A DNA stretch of 64,000 nucleotides, taken from the NCBI GenBank assembly GCA_038114285.1, contig JAYNQN010000007.1, positions 4,786-68,785 on the forward strand. Reading direction: 5' to 3'. The notes under the pieces were generated by a model that was not told where the DNA came from, did no database searches, and saw only the letters and a list, made by a program, of their open reading frames with translations. The first letter of the stretch is position 1, and the number at the start of each line of letters is the position of its first letter. Below, piece after piece: positions 1 to 14,400 of the stretch. Position numbers and translations under genes: made by a program. The DNA is from Gammaproteobacteria bacterium (GTDB lineage: Bacteria; Pseudomonadota; Gammaproteobacteria; Poriferisulfidales; GCA-002705445).

Positions 1-216
1 CTGTACTTCTAGAACTCCGCCTGATATAAAAAATAAATGTTCAGTATCTTCTTCTGTAATTATTTTTATTTCGCCAGGCTTTAATGGCGTGATCATAGGT
101 GTATGCTTAGGATATATACCTACTTCACCCATAGTTGCTGCCGCAATAATATTTTTAACCTCACCAGAAAATATCTCTTCCTCGGCACTAACTATATCTA
201 GATGCATTGTTGTCAT
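1..216 (-). CDS. atpC: ATP synthase F1 epsilon subunit, N-terminal part; the gene continues off the window start
   Basis: Reverse-strand translation from the ATG at 216 gives MTTMHLDIVSAEEEIFSGEVKNIIAAATMGEVGIYPKHTPMITPLKPGEIKII, which is typical of AtpC. It is the last gene of the atp operon. Confidence 0.8.
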   Translation of the reverse strand, partial: MTTMHLDIVSAEEEIFSGEVKNIIAAATMGEVGIYPKHTPMITPLKPGEIKIITEEDTEHLFFISGGVLEVQ

Positions 217-223
217 TTACTTT

Positions 224-1615
<1,392 letters not shown>

Positions 1616-1622
1616 TTAATAA

Positions 1623-2486
1623 CTAAACTGCAGCTGCTCCAGCTACGATTTCTGAAAGTTCTTGTGTTATAGATGCCTGTCTTGCTTTGTTATAAATTAA
1701 TTGTAATTCATCTATCAAATTACTAGCATTGTCCGATGCGCTTTTCATAGCAACCATTCTAGCTGACATTTCACATGCAACATTTTCAACAATACCTTGA
1801 TAAACTAATGATTCAATATACCTAATTAATAAGTTATCTATTACGCTTTTCGAATCCGGTTCATATATATAATCCCAATGATGAGAAAGATCACTCTCAA
1901 GATCTGGCTCTGTAGGTAACAAATTAATTAAACCGGGTTCTTGTGACATAGTATTTATAAATTTATTTTCAGCCAAATGAAGTTCGTCTATTTTTTCATC
2001 TGTGAAATTATCTAGCATTATTTTTATTGAACCAATTACATCATTTATTTCTGGACTATCGCCTAGATGAGAAACTTGCGCAACTAAATTAACATTTAAT
2101 CTTTTAAAGAATTTTTCAGCTTTAGAACCAATTGCACATACATCAACTTCTATTGAATTTTTATTCCATTCGTTAATTTGTTTAAGAGCCTGCTTGAATA
2201 AATTTGTGTTCAGTCCTCCGCATAATCCCCTATCAGTGCTTATTATGATTAAGCCTACTCTTTTAACCTTTTCTCTTTTTACCAAAAAGGGATGTTTGTA
2301 TTCTGGGTGGGCACTAGCAAGATGCCCAACTACATTTTTAATCATTTTTGCATAAGGTCTAGCGGCAGCCATCCTGCTTTGAGCTTTCTTCATTTTGCTT
2401 GCCGCAACCATTTCCATAGCTTTTGTAATTTTCTGAGTATTTTTAATACTAGAAATTTGCCCTTTTATTTCTTTTCCGCCTGACAT
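1623..2486 (-). CDS. atpG: ATP synthase F1 gamma subunit
   Basis: 287 aa lying between atpA and atpD. The termini are typical of the gamma subunit. Confidence 0.93.
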   Translation of the reverse strand: MSGGKEIKGQISSIKNTQKITKAMEMVAASKMKKAQSRMAAARPYAKMIKNVVGHLASAHPEYKHPFLVKREKVKRVGLIIISTDRGLCGGLNTNLFKQALKQINEWNKNSIEVDVCAIGSKAEKFFKRLNVNLVAQVSHLGDSPEINDVIGSIKIMLDNFTDEKIDELHLAENKFINTMSQEPGLINLLPTEPDLESDLSHHWDYIYEPDSKSVIDNLLIRYIESLVYQGIVENVACEMSARMVAMKSASDNASNLIDELQLIYNKARQASITQELSEIVAGAAAV

Positions 2487-2491
2487 TTAAA

Positions 2492-4033
2492 TTACCATGT
2501 TTGTGTTGATACAAATTTATCTAATAACTCTTTAAGAGTATTTCCAATTTCATCAGTATAGTCACCAGAATCTTCAATACCCTTCATAAAATCAGCGTAT
2601 TCAGAAACAGCAAACCCTAACAAAGCCTTTTCAAAATCTTTAATTTTACTAACTTCAATATTATCTAAATATCCTTCATTAGCTGCATACAAAACTAATC
2701 CCATAGATGATATGTTCAATGGAGAGTACTGGGTTTGTTTCATTAGCTCCATAACACGTTCACCACGTTCAAGTTGTTTTCTTGTTTGTTCATCTAAATC
2801 AGAAGCAAATTGTGAGAACGCAGCAAGCTCTCTATACTGAGCTAAGGCTAAACGAACTCCACCACCAAGTTTTTTAATTAATTTTGTTTGTGCTGCGCCA
2901 CCTACCCTCGATACGGATAGTCCGGCGTCAACTGCTGGCCTTAGGCCAGAATTAAATAAATTTGTTTCTAAAAATATTTGTCCATCAGTAATAGAAATTA
3001 CATTTGTTGGTACGAATGCGGAAACATCTCCTGCTTGAGTTTCGATTATTGGCATAGCAGTTAATGAGCCTGTTTTTCCTTTTACTTCTCCATTTGTAAT
3101 TTTTTCTATATGTTCGGCATTAACTCTTGATGATCTCTCTAGCAACCTTGAGTGCAAGTAGAACACATCACCTGGGTATGCTTCTCTTCCTGGAGGTCTT
3201 TTTAATAAAAGCGAAACTTGTCTATATGCAACAGCTTGCTTACTTAAATCATCATAAATAATTAGTGCGTCTTCCCCTTTATCCCTAAAATATTCTCCCA
3301 TAGAACAACCAGCATATGGCGCAATGTATTGCATTGCTGCAGATTCTGATGCAGTTGATGCGACAACAATAGTGTGGTCAAGAGCCCCATGTTCTTCTAA
3401 TTTTTTTACTACATTAGATACTGAGGACGCTTTTTGACCTATAGCAACATAAATACACTTTACGCCTGTACCTTTTTGATTAATTATTGTATCAATGGCA
3501 ATTGCAGTTTTACCGGTTTGTCTGTCACCAATAATCAACTCCCTTTGGCCTCTTCCGATAGGAACCATAGCATCAATTGATTTTAATCCTGTTTGAACAG
3601 GTTGATCAACTGATTGTCTTTGAATAACACCTGGAGCAATTTTTTCTATAGGAGAAAATTCTTTAGCTTCAATTTCTCCTTTTCCATCAATCGGAGCGCC
3701 CAATGAATTCACAACTCTACCCATTAATGATTCCCCAACAGGAACCTCTAAAATTTTACCTGTACATTTTGCTTTATCGCCTTCAGACAAATGCTGATAA
3801 TCACCTAAAATAACTGCCCCAACAGAATCTCTCTCTAAGTTAAGTGCTAAGCCATAAGTATTGTTAGGGAATTCTATCATTTCTCCAGCCATTACGTCTG
3901 ACAAGCCATGGATTCTAACAATTCCATCAGTAACAGCTACAATGGTACCTTCTGTTTTTGCTTCAGCGGAAAGGTCTGAACCTTCAATTCTTTTTTTTAT
4001 TAAATCACTAATTTCTGTTGGACTAAGTTGCAT
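2492..4033 (-). CDS. atpA: ATP synthase F1 alpha subunit
   Basis: 513 aa with GDRQTGKT Walker A. Confidence 0.97.
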   Translation of the reverse strand: MQLSPTEISDLIKKRIEGSDLSAEAKTEGTIVAVTDGIVRIHGLSDVMAGEMIEFPNNTYGLALNLERDSVGAVILGDYQHLSEGDKAKCTGKILEVPVGESLMGRVVNSLGAPIDGKGEIEAKEFSPIEKIAPGVIQRQSVDQPVQTGLKSIDAMVPIGRGQRELIIGDRQTGKTAIAIDTIINQKGTGVKCIYVAIGQKASSVSNVVKKLEEHGALDHTIVVASTASESAAMQYIAPYAGCSMGEYFRDKGEDALIIYDDLSKQAVAYRQVSLLLKRPPGREAYPGDVFYLHSRLLERSSRVNAEHIEKITNGEVKGKTGSLTAMPIIETQAGDVSAFVPTNVISITDGQIFLETNLFNSGLRPAVDAGLSVSRVGGAAQTKLIKKLGGGVRLALAQYRELAAFSQFASDLDEQTRKQLERGERVMELMKQTQYSPLNISSMGLVLYAANEGYLDNIEVSKIKDFEKALLGFAVSEYADFMKGIEDSGDYTDEIGNTLKELLDKFVSTQTW

Positions 4034-4053
4034 TATTCTTTACCTCTATTGTT

Positions 4054-4587
4054 TCAATTTAATTGAGATTCTAATTTTCTCAACTGCTCTCTAAGTGAAC
4101 CGTCTATTACCAAATCATCTACCTTAACAACAGCGCCTGCTAAAAGTTCTGTATTAATATTTTGCTCAACTTCAATTTTTTTATTAAATCTATTTTCAAG
4201 GGAAGTTTTAATTTCTTCAATTTGCTCATTGCTTAACTCAAATGCAGTATCAATTACTGCTTTTTTTAAATTTTTTTCTTCTTGCAAATATTTATTAAAA
4301 AGTCCTGTAACCTCAGAAACTACCAGCAATCTATTGTTCTTGGCTAGCAAGTCAATGAACCTTGTGAAATTTTCGTCTATGCTATCTTTTAAAATCTCCA
4401 ACAAAAGATTTGATTTATATTTATCATCAAAAGAATCATTTGTAAGAATTTGCTTAACATCTTTATCATTTACAGCTAAATCTAAATTTCGCAACATGTC
4501 ATAATATTTTTCAAGCATATTCTTTTCTTTGGCGCTTTTAAAAAGAGCTTTAGCGTAAGGTCTTGCGGTTGTTAATAATTCTGACAT
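4054..4587 (-). CDS. atpH: ATP synthase F1 delta subunit
   Basis: 177 aa between atpF and atpA. The N-terminus RPYAKALF is OSCP-like. Confidence 0.88.
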   Translation of the reverse strand: MSELLTTARPYAKALFKSAKEKNMLEKYYDMLRNLDLAVNDKDVKQILTNDSFDDKYKSNLLLEILKDSIDENFTRFIDLLAKNNRLLVVSEVTGLFNKYLQEEKNLKKAVIDTAFELSNEQIEEIKTSLENRFNKKIEVEQNINTELLAGAVVKVDDLVIDGSLREQLRKLESQLN

Positions 4588-4592
4588 ATGTT

Positions 4593-5063
4593 TTATATTT
4601 TAGTTACCAAATCTTGTATTGCTTTATCATGAACTTTTTTATCAATTTCTTTTTTTAATATCATTTCTGCGCCTTCAACAACTAACTTCGATACATCTTG
4701 CTTTAAAGACTCTTTTAATCTCATAGCTAACTGATCAACTTCTTGTTCTGCAAGCTTTAATTTTTTTGATGCCTCTTCAGATGCTTTGGTATTAGCTTCA
4801 TCTAATATATCGCCTTGTCTTTTTTCTGCCATAGAAACGATATTTTTTGCTTCGGTCTTAGCCTCGGCAATTTTAGATTCTACTTCTAACTTAGCTTTTT
4901 CTAAAGCTTGTTGACCAAGTTCTGCGGCAGACAAACCATCAGAAATAGTTTTTTTTCTTTGTTCTAAAGCTGATGTAATTGGTGGCCATACATATTTCAT
5001 GCAGAACCAAACAAATATAGCAAAAGATATTGCTTGACCAATTAAAGTTAAATTTATATTCAA
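4593..5063 (-). CDS. atpF: ATP synthase Fo subunit b
   Basis: 156 aa with an N-terminal TM helix followed by a long charged helix. Confidence 0.88.
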   Translation of the reverse strand: MNINLTLIGQAISFAIFVWFCMKYVWPPITSALEQRKKTISDGLSAAELGQQALEKAKLEVESKIAEAKTEAKNIVSMAEKRQGDILDEANTKASEEASKKLKLAEQEVDQLAMRLKESLKQDVSKLVVEGAEMILKKEIDKKVHDKAIQDLVTKI

Positions 5064-5088
5064 TTTTAGCTCCTATAGCTTTTAAAAA

Positions 5089-5331
<243 letters not shown>

Positions 5332-5361
5332 CTACTTTTATATTGTCATTAAAAAAAATAC

Positions 5362-6566
<1,205 letters not shown>

Positions 6567-6691
6567 AATCTCTTCGGGTATGAAGTATATTAAGAGTGTA
6601 AAAATTTATCAATATATTTAATGATGATATCGATAAATTTAATATATATATTGCAATTTTGACCAATTATTAGCCTATTTTCTATAAAAAA

Positions 6692-7564
6692 TTATTTTTT
6701 ATAGCCAAGTTTTTTTAAAAGCCCCTCTAAAACATCTAAATTACTATATTTTAATGTAATTTTACCATTATTTTTCAATGTAGAATGGCTAATGTCTACC
6801 TGTATACCTAGTTTTTCTCTCAACTGATTTTCTATTTCGTCTATATGCTTATCTTTTTTATTTTTTCCCTGTCTTTTTATCTTATTTTTGCTGCCCTCAA
6901 AAACCATTTTTTCTATATCTCTTACAGAAAGTTTTAATGAGACTACTTTATCTGCATAAATTTTTTGTGAAGATTTGCTTAAGGTCAGTAACGCCCTGGC
7001 ATGCCCCATATCTATTTTTTTTTGCTCTAATAAGCCTATTACATAGTTATCTAGTGATAACAACCTAATTAAATTTGCGATATGTGACCTTGATTTTCCA
7101 GTTTTTTTTGCAAGTGCTTCTTGTGTAAATTTAAATTTTTTTATAAGCTTTTCTAAACCTATTGCTTCTTCAACCGGATTGAGGTTTTCTCTTTGAACAT
7201 TCTCTAACAATGCATAAATAGCAGCTGATTCATCAGATATTGATTTTAAAATAGCAGGAATTTTTTTCATCCCTAAAATTTTGACAGCTCTTAATCTTCT
7301 TTCTCCTGCAATAAGTTCGTATTTATTTTTATCACTTTTTCTTACTAATATTGGCTGTATGACTCCTTGTTCTCTTATAGATTCTACAAGTGACTTGAGA
7401 TTTTCTTCATCAAAATTTGTTCTTGGCTGGAAAGGACTTGTAATAATTGCTGATGTTTCTATGTTGAGTGATAATTTTTCTGATGAATCTGACTTATTAA
7501 CACTAGAAGAGCTTAGAAGAACTTCTACTCCTTTGCTACCTAATCCACCTTTTTTTTTAGCCAT
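6692..7564 (-). CDS. parB: Chromosome partitioning protein ParB
   Basis: 290 aa with the ParB-box GERRLRA and an HTH. It lies downstream of parA. Confidence 0.9.
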   Translation of the reverse strand: MAKKKGGLGSKGVEVLLSSSSVNKSDSSEKLSLNIETSAIITSPFQPRTNFDEENLKSLVESIREQGVIQPILVRKSDKNKYELIAGERRLRAVKILGMKKIPAILKSISDESAAIYALLENVQRENLNPVEEAIGLEKLIKKFKFTQEALAKKTGKSRSHIANLIRLLSLDNYVIGLLEQKKIDMGHARALLTLSKSSQKIYADKVVSLKLSVRDIEKMVFEGSKNKIKRQGKNKKDKHIDEIENQLREKLGIQVDISHSTLKNNGKITLKYSNLDVLEGLLKKLGYKK

Positions 7565-7573
7565 TTAAAATTC

Positions 7574-8338
7574 CTATTTTGATATTTTTACAATTTCACC
7601 AGCTAACGCCAAATATGACATTGAGCCTTTTGAGCCCCTGTCATAACTTATAATTGATGAACCATGACTTGGGGCTTCAGCAAGACTCACGTTTCTTGGA
7701 ATAACTGTATTTAAAACTTCTTTTCCAAAGTGGCTTTCTAATTCTGAAGAAACGTCTTGCGCCAAATTATTTCTTGGGTCATACATTGTTCGTAAAATTC
7801 CGCCAATTTTTAAATTTTGATTTACTGACATTTTAATCTTATCAATAGTCTCGAGCAACGCTGTTAAACCTTCAAGCGCATAATATTCACATTGAGTAGG
7901 GATAATCACTGCATCCGATACTGCTAAAGCATTAACAGTTAAAATATTTAAAGATGGCGGGCAATCTATTATTACAAAATCATATTCTATATTATTTCTT
8001 TTTATGATTTCTTTTAATACTAATTCTCTATTTTTAAACTCTAAAAGCTTAACTTCTGCTAAAGTTAAAGCTTGGTTAGCTGGCAACAAGTCAAAGCCCT
8101 CGTTAGCAGAACAAATAATCTCCTTAACATTTTGATTGTCTTCTAAGAGCAAGTCTGCCAAAGAATATTCTAGATCATACTTGTTTACACCCGAGCCCAT
8201 TGTAGCATTTCCCTGGGGATCCATATCGATTAACAAAACTTTTTTATTGTTTAATGAAAGAGCCGCAGCCAAATTAACGCTTGTGGTTGTTTTGCCAACA
8301 CCCCCTTTTTGATTACAAATGGAAAAAATTTTACTCAA
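7574..8338 (-). CDS. parA: Chromosome partitioning ATPase ParA/Soj
   Basis: Deviant Walker A NQKGGVGKTTT. The track ORF starts at 8374 and overlaps rsmG. A TTG at 8338 preceded by an AGGTGG SD gives the canonical MSKIFSI-NQKGG N-terminus and is the likelier start. Confidence 0.88.
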   Translation of the reverse strand: MSKIFSICNQKGGVGKTTTSVNLAAALSLNNKKVLLIDMDPQGNATMGSGVNKYDLEYSLADLLLEDNQNVKEIICSANEGFDLLPANQALTLAEVKLLEFKNRELVLKEIIKRNNIEYDFVIIDCPPSLNILTVNALAVSDAVIIPTQCEYYALEGLTALLETIDKIKMSVNQNLKIGGILRTMYDPRNNLAQDVSSELESHFGKEVLNTVIPRNVSLAEAPSHGSSIISYDRGSKGSMSYLALAGEIVKISK

Positions 8339-8348
8339 AACCCCACCT

Positions 8349-8984
8349 TTATTTTTTATAGATAATAACCGCATGCCTTTCAGCAGAAAGTTCTGGTACT
8401 TTTAATTTTTCTACTTCAAAAACAACATTTTTATCAAACTCAACAAGTTCATCTAGCTCTTGTTTTGGATATTTTCCCTTCATTGCAATAATAGTACCAT
8501 CTTTAACTAAATGCTTTATAGAATTAGAATATATTTTTGTTAATTTAGCAAAAGACCTGCATATAACCGTATCAAAAGAAGTATCAGTTTTTAAGCTTTC
8601 TATTGTTTCATGCAGTGCGCTCGCATTCATAATATCCAAATTTATTTTTACATGATTCAAAAAAATTATTTTTTTATTATTAGAATCTAATAATAGGAAA
8701 TTTTTTTTGGGCAATGTCAAGGCAAGTGGTATTCCTGGAAGTCCGGCACCAGAACCTATATCCAATATATTTTCCCCATTAATAAGATATTTTATTGATA
8801 GGCTGTCCAACACATGCTTTATCAACATATCGTCTAATTTTTTAATTGAGGTTAAATTATATAATTTATTAGACTTATCTATATACTCACAAAATTTTAT
8901 TAGTTTTAGGCCAACTTCTTCGTCTTTTGTAAATTTTTTAAGCTCACTTAAAAATAATTCTTTTATATTGTTATTTTGCTTCAT
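8349..8984 (-). CDS. rsmG: 16S rRNA m7G527 methyltransferase RsmG (GidB)
   Basis: 211 aa with SAM-binding DIGSGAGLPGIPLA. It lies next to mnmG. Confidence 0.9.
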   Translation of the reverse strand: MKQNNNIKELFLSELKKFTKDEEVGLKLIKFCEYIDKSNKLYNLTSIKKLDDMLIKHVLDSLSIKYLINGENILDIGSGAGLPGIPLALTLPKKNFLLLDSNNKKIIFLNHVKINLDIMNASALHETIESLKTDTSFDTVICRSFAKLTKIYSNSIKHLVKDGTIIAMKGKYPKQELDELVEFDKNVVFEVEKLKVPELSAERHAVIIYKK

Positions 8985-10818
8985 GAGCCATTTTCTTTCC
9001 GCGGCTTTTTATAGCTTTTATCTGAACTTTCAATATCGAAATAGCAGCTGGCGTTACTCCTGGAACTCGTGATGCTTGTCTAAGGTTTTGCGGTCTGGCT
9101 ATTGCTAAATTTTCCCGTGCTTCTATAGATAACGCTGTTATTAATGAATAATCAATTACTGATGGCAATTCCATCTCCTCGTCTTTTTTGCTTCTTGCAA
9201 TTTCATTATTTTGTCTTTCAATATAACCTTCATATTTAATTCTAATCGCGCAATTTTCACCGATTTCCAAAGATGTAAAATCATAATCTTTTATAATTTT
9301 TTTTAATTCCTCATAAGATTTGTTAGGTCTTTTTAAATAGTCACTAGCTAAATATGTTTTGTCATTTTCAACAAATTTTAAGTTTCTCAATTTCTCAATC
9401 TCATTATTTATTTGTTGTTCTTTCTTACTAAAAATATCAAACCTTTTTTTACTAACTGACCCAAGCTGCCAACCTATTTTTGTTAATCTCTCATCAGCAT
9501 TATCCTCGCGCAAATAAAGTCTATGTTCTGCTCGGCTTGTAAACATCCTATAAGGCTCTGGAGCTCCTTGTGTTATTAAATCATCAATCATCACTCCTAT
9601 ATATGAATTTTCTCTAGATGGCGACCACATGTCCTTCCCTTGTGATTTCAATGATGCATTAATTCCAGCCACTATTCCTTGTGATGCGGCTTCTTCATAT
9701 CCTGTAGTGCCGTTAATCTGTCCAGCCATAAAAAAACCAGCGATCTTTTTATTTTCTAAAAAAGAAGTTAAGCCTCTTGGGTCAAAAAAATCATATTCAA
9801 TTGCATAACCAAATTTTATTATTTCAACTTTCTCCAAACCTGAGATAGTTTTTATAAATTTCTCTTGATCTTTTTCCGGAAGACTTGTTGATATTCCATT
9901 TGGATAAACAAGGTTTGTATTTAATCCCTCTGGTTCTAAAAATATTTGATGAGATGTTTTTTCTGAAAATCTAGTAACCTTATCTTCTATAGAAGGGCAA
10001 TACCTTGGACCCTTACTAGTGATTACACCGTTAAATAAAGGGGAGTTTTTTAGAGATTGCCTTATGCTGTCATGAGTTTTTTCATTTGTTCTAGCTATAA
10101 AACAATTAATTTGTTTTGGGTGATCAGATAATTTACCTACAAATGAAAATACTGGTCTTGGGTCATCTCCAGGCTGCTTTATAAGCTTATCATAATTTAT
10201 CGTATCTCCATTTAGTCTTGGAGGGGTTCCTGTCTTCAACCGACCCATCATTAAATCATACTGCTTCAATCTTTTAGCTAATTTTGTAGAAGCTGCTTCT
10301 CCAATCCTGCCCGCAGGAAAAGACTTATTTCCTAGATGAATGATTCCAGACAAAAAAGTGCCTGCAGTTAAAATTATATTTTTTGTTCTAAGCTTTTCAC
10401 CATCATCTAATTCAATGCCAGTTATTTTATTTTGATTAATAATAATATCTGTGACCTCTCCTTCCAAAACTTCAAGATTTTCTTGCCCTTTAATTTGTTT
10501 TTGAATAAATTCTTTATATAAATCTCTATCTGCTTGAGAACGAGTTGCCCACACAGCAGGGCCTTTCTTTTTATTTAAAGTTCTAAAATGTATACCAGCC
10601 GCATCCGCCGCCTGTGCCATAACACCGCCAAGAGCATCGACTTCTTTGGTCAAATGTCCTTTGCCTATTCCGCCTATGGATGGATTACAGCTCATTTGCC
10701 CTACTGTGCTGAAATTTTGAGTAACCAATAGGGTCTTACTACCGCATCTCGCGCTTGCTAATGAGGCTTCTGTGCCTGCGTGTCCTCCGCCAATAATTAT
10801 CACATCATACTGTTTCAT
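8971..10818 (-). CDS. mnmG: tRNA uridine 5-carboxymethylaminomethyl modification enzyme MnmG (GidA)
   Basis: 615 aa with an FAD-binding N-terminus DVIIIGGGHAGTEA. Confidence 0.95.
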   Translation of the reverse strand: MKQYDVIIIGGGHAGTEASLASARCGSKTLLVTQNFSTVGQMSCNPSIGGIGKGHLTKEVDALGGVMAQAADAAGIHFRTLNKKKGPAVWATRSQADRDLYKEFIQKQIKGQENLEVLEGEVTDIIINQNKITGIELDDGEKLRTKNIILTAGTFLSGIIHLGNKSFPAGRIGEAASTKLAKRLKQYDLMMGRLKTGTPPRLNGDTINYDKLIKQPGDDPRPVFSFVGKLSDHPKQINCFIARTNEKTHDSIRQSLKNSPLFNGVITSKGPRYCPSIEDKVTRFSEKTSHQIFLEPEGLNTNLVYPNGISTSLPEKDQEKFIKTISGLEKVEIIKFGYAIEYDFFDPRGLTSFLENKKIAGFFMAGQINGTTGYEEAASQGIVAGINASLKSQGKDMWSPSRENSYIGVMIDDLITQGAPEPYRMFTSRAEHRLYLREDNADERLTKIGWQLGSVSKKRFDIFSKKEQQINNEIEKLRNLKFVENDKTYLASDYLKRPNKSYEELKKIIKDYDFTSLEIGENCAIRIKYEGYIERQNNEIARSKKDEEMELPSVIDYSLITALSIEARENLAIARPQNLRQASRVPGVTPAAISILKVQIKAIKSRGKKMAHEAK

Positions 10819-10830
10819 ATCACTATTATA

Positions 10831-12180
10831 TTACTTTCCAATACAAAAATTTGAAAATATACCACTTAAAACCCTATCGTCATTATCATTATTTAAAACC
10901 ATGGAGATACTTTCCTGAGCCTTTTTTAAATCTTCAGCAACTAGCTCAAGCTCGCTCAAACCCAAATGGATTTTATTAATTATTTCATAAGCTCTTTTTA
11001 AATGCTTAGAATTTTCTAATTTATAAACCCCGGGAGATGAATTTTGCATGCATATTTTAAGGTACTTTATTATTTCCTCTTTTACTGCTGCCATATTGTG
11101 ATCTTCCTTTATAGAAACAAATATAAAATCATTATTGTTCTTTTTAAAAATATTAAGCTGCTCTTTTCTTATAAGATCTATTTTATTTGCTATAACAATT
11201 ATGTTTGAATTTATTGCTTTTAAATTATCTAGTATCTTTTCATCCTCGTTATCTATATCACTTTTAACATCATATAAATATAAAACCAAGTTGGCTTCTG
11301 CAGCTTGTTTAATAGCTTTTTCTTTTCCTTCTATTTCTATCAAATCCTTTGTTTCCCTGATGCCGGCAGTATCAAATATTGTAATTGGAATGCCATTAAA
11401 ATTTATCATTTTAGAAACCACATCTCTTGTTGTTCCGGCTTTGGCATTTACTATTGAGACGTCCTCTTTTGCAAAATAATTAATTAAAGAAGACTTTCCA
11501 GTATTAGGTTTTCCGATTACAGCTACCTTGCTTGTTTCAAATAAAAGCCTGTTTTTTTCAAGTCTATTTGCTATCTCCAAGATTTCTTTTTTACAGCCAT
11601 TTAATTGCTCTTCTATAGACTTTAGCCCCTCAGTTTCTATATCTTCTTCTGAGAAATCTAGAAGAGCTTCTACTTGTATTCTTGCATTTAAAATTACATT
11701 ATCAATTTTGATAATATCCTGAGAAATATTTCCAGATAAAGACTCCCTGGCTGCAATTGCTGCTTCCTTAGTTTTTGCATTAATCAATGCACAAATAGAC
11801 TCGGCCTGCACGATACTCATCTTATTATTCAAAAAAGCTCTTTCGCTATATTCTCCAGCTTTAGCTAGACGACAGCCGTTAATTTTTAATATTTCACTTA
11901 TTATAAGCTGATACATTACAGGGCCGCCGTGACAAGTTATTTCTAACATATCTTCCCCAGTAAATGACTTGGGCGAAGCATAGTAAACTGCGATTACATC
12001 ATCTATAACTCTTTCTTTATTTTTAAAATTTAAATAGTAAGCATATCTTGGAGATAATTTTTTATTAAAGAAAGTGTCTATAATTTTTAATACATTTATA
12101 CCAGAACATCTAATAACAGACATTGCGCCGGTGCCCATAGGAGTAGCAATACTTACAATAGTATCAATATTATTATTCAC
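10831..12180 (-). CDS. mnmE: tRNA modification GTPase MnmE (TrmE)
   Basis: 449 aa with a G-domain GKPNTGKSSL and a C-terminal CIGK motif. Confidence 0.93.
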   Translation of the reverse strand: MNNNIDTIVSIATPMGTGAMSVIRCSGINVLKIIDTFFNKKLSPRYAYYLNFKNKERVIDDVIAVYYASPKSFTGEDMLEITCHGGPVMYQLIISEILKINGCRLAKAGEYSERAFLNNKMSIVQAESICALINAKTKEAAIAARESLSGNISQDIIKIDNVILNARIQVEALLDFSEEDIETEGLKSIEEQLNGCKKEILEIANRLEKNRLLFETSKVAVIGKPNTGKSSLINYFAKEDVSIVNAKAGTTRDVVSKMINFNGIPITIFDTAGIRETKDLIEIEGKEKAIKQAAEANLVLYLYDVKSDIDNEDEKILDNLKAINSNIIVIANKIDLIRKEQLNIFKKNNNDFIFVSIKEDHNMAAVKEEIIKYLKICMQNSSPGVYKLENSKHLKRAYEIINKIHLGLSELELVAEDLKKAQESISMVLNNDNDDRVLSGIFSNFCIGK

Positions 12181-12186
12181 CTTTTA

Positions 12187-13845
12187 CTAGTTAGATGTTA
12201 TCGACTTAGTTATTTTCCATTGCTGCGCAATAGATAGCAAGTTGTTAACGACCCAATATAAAACTAAGCCAGAAGGGAAAAATGCAAAAAATGCAGTAAA
12301 AATTATCGGCAACATTTGCATAACTCTTGCTTGCATGGGGTCTGGCGGAGCTGGATTCAGTTTTTGCTGAAAATACATAGACGCGCCCATGATTAAAGGC
12401 AAAACATAGTAAGGGTCTTTGGCTGAAAGATCATTTAACCAAAAAATAAAATCTGCCTGTCTCAACTCTACGCTCTCTAACAAAACCCAGTATAGAGCAA
12501 TAAAAACTGGTATTTGTATAAGAATTGGCCAACAACCTCCAAGCGGGTTAATTTTCTCTTGCCTATACATGTCCATCATTGCTTGATTCATTTTTTGTCT
12601 ATCACTTCCATATCTTTCTCTAATTGATTGTATTTTTGGAGAAAACTGCTTCATTTTTGCCATTGAACGATAACTGGTTTCTGATAATTTATAAAAAGCT
12701 AATTTTATTAAAATTGTTAGGAATATAATTGCCCAGCCCCAATTTCCTGTGAAAGAGTGTATTTTATCTAGCAACCAAAAAAGTGGTTTAGAAATAAAAG
12801 TTAAAACACCATAATCAATTGTTAACTCTAAACCTTCTGAAATGTTTTCTAACTCTTTTTGAGTTTTTGGCCCGACGTACAAAGAAGAGCTTAAGGAGCC
12901 CCTCTCGTTTGGCTGAATTATAACTGCTTCAGACCTTGAGCCTATTATATAGTCTGACCTTTTATCATTAACCAATATTTCTTTCGTATAAAACAAATTG
13001 TTTTCATTTTTTGGAAAATACCATGACGAGACAAAATAATGCTCCATCATAGCTATCCAGCCGCCTTGAACATTAAATTTTGGTTTTGAATCTGCTATGT
13101 CTCCATATGAAAGTTTATTATATTTCCCATCATAATAGGCGCTTCCAGTAAAAGTTGGAGTAACCCAGGACCTTCCTTCTCCGTCACTACTTCTTCTAAT
13201 TTGTCTATACTGTCTTCCGGCCCAGGCTCTACTTGATTGATTTATAACAACATTTTCAACATTTATTTTATATCCTGAGTCGTCTAAAGATATTTTCTTC
13301 AAAACTTTTATCTGCCCGCTTTTATCTTTCCACTCTAGGGTTACATTTTTACCATCCTCTTCTATAACTACAAACAGATCATGATGGTTTGGCGCGAGCT
13401 TTTTTTGGTTTTTCTTTGAAGCATCTTTATCATGTAACAAACCGGACTGACCAACATAAAACTCATCTTTGTAATCAAATAAATTAATATTTTTGCTGCC
13501 AGGGCTTATCGTTTCAAAATATTTTAATAATTTAACTTTTTTTACTGTAGCTCCAATTGTATCTATCGTGACCTCTACATCACTATTTTGCAGAACAACT
13601 TCTTTGCCATTTTTAATTTCTTTGTTATGAGAAGCTTCCTTATTAAAAGCTTGGCCCGACTTAACATTTAAATCCATTTCTGCATGATCTGGAAGATCTT
13701 CGGATTGATTGGTTTCACCTGGGGAGTTATTTTTTTGCGCCTGTATTTCCGCTGAATCTAAAGGCGTTTGTTCTATTTTCCATTGCTGCCATATCATAAA
13801 CAACACGAGTGAAAATGCTATATATAACAAAAATCTATTATTCAT
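12187..13845 (-). CDS. yidC: Membrane protein insertase YidC
   Basis: The conserved C-terminal 5-TM core is present. The likely true start is MNNRFLLYIAF at 13845. The track ORF extends 31 codons further upstream into yidD. Confidence 0.92.
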   Translation of the reverse strand: MNNRFLLYIAFSLVLFMIWQQWKIEQTPLDSAEIQAQKNNSPGETNQSEDLPDHAEMDLNVKSGQAFNKEASHNKEIKNGKEVVLQNSDVEVTIDTIGATVKKVKLLKYFETISPGSKNINLFDYKDEFYVGQSGLLHDKDASKKNQKKLAPNHHDLFVVIEEDGKNVTLEWKDKSGQIKVLKKISLDDSGYKINVENVVINQSSRAWAGRQYRQIRRSSDGEGRSWVTPTFTGSAYYDGKYNKLSYGDIADSKPKFNVQGGWIAMMEHYFVSSWYFPKNENNLFYTKEILVNDKRSDYIIGSRSEAVIIQPNERGSLSSSLYVGPKTQKELENISEGLELTIDYGVLTFISKPLFWLLDKIHSFTGNWGWAIIFLTILIKLAFYKLSETSYRSMAKMKQFSPKIQSIRERYGSDRQKMNQAMMDMYRQEKINPLGGCWPILIQIPVFIALYWVLLESVELRQADFIFWLNDLSAKDPYYVLPLIMGASMYFQQKLNPAPPDPMQARVMQMLPIIFTAFFAFFPSGLVLYWVVNNLLSIAQQWKITKSITSN

Positions 13846-14059
13846 AATTTTTTGGGACCTCGTCAATGCCGCCTTCTGACCACGGGTGGCACTTGCAAAT
13901 TCTTTTTGAAGCCAACAACGTGCCTTTGGCTGGGCCATAAGTTTTTATCGCTTCAAGTGCATAATTTGAGCATGTTGGTGTGAACCTGCAGTGTTGCCCA
14001 ACAAAAGAACTTAAAAAAACTTGATATATCTTAATAAATTTAGTTAACAAATAAGTCAT
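13838..14059 (-). CDS. yidD: Membrane protein insertion efficiency factor YidD
   Basis: 73 aa with the CRFxPTCSxYA motif. It lies between rnpA and yidC. Confidence 0.8.
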   Translation of the reverse strand: MTYLLTKFIKIYQVFLSSFVGQHCRFTPTCSNYALEAIKTYGPAKGTLLASKRICKCHPWSEGGIDEVPKNYE

Positions 14060-14367
14060 TTTTTATTTAATTGGCTAAATACTTCGTTAATTAACATATT
14101 GCAGCGAGATTTTTCATAATTTTTTTCGTTTTTCAGAATTAGAATAATGTCTATACCCTCAAACTTTCCCTTTCTAAAAATTTCTCTAGCAACTCTTTTA
14201 ATTTTATTCCTATCTACTGCTTTCTTTAATTTTTTTTTAGCAATATTTACACCCAGTCTAGCAGGATGCTCGCCATTATCTATGTAATGTAAAACAAATG
14301 CTGCATTTTTTACTCTTTTGCCTTTTGAAAAACATCTTTTAAAGTCTAGCGGATTAGTTAATCGCAT
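14056..14367 (-). CDS. rnpA: RNase P protein component
   Basis: 103 aa basic protein encoded downstream of rpmH. Confidence 0.85.
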   Translation of the reverse strand: MRLTNPLDFKRCFSKGKRVKNAAFVLHYIDNGEHPARLGVNIAKKKLKKAVDRNKIKRVAREIFRKGKFEGIDIILILKNEKNYEKSRCNMLINEVFSQLNKK

Positions 14368-14400
14368 TGATTGAGTTTATAAAGCATTTTGTTTATATGT

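Noticed and set aside
2292-4504. Plus-strand ORFs of 63-91 aa (2292..2483, 3861..4094, 4229..4504) antisense to atpG, atpA and atpH
   Set aside because: They lie inside strongly supported genes, are low-complexity and are AT-driven. They are spurious.
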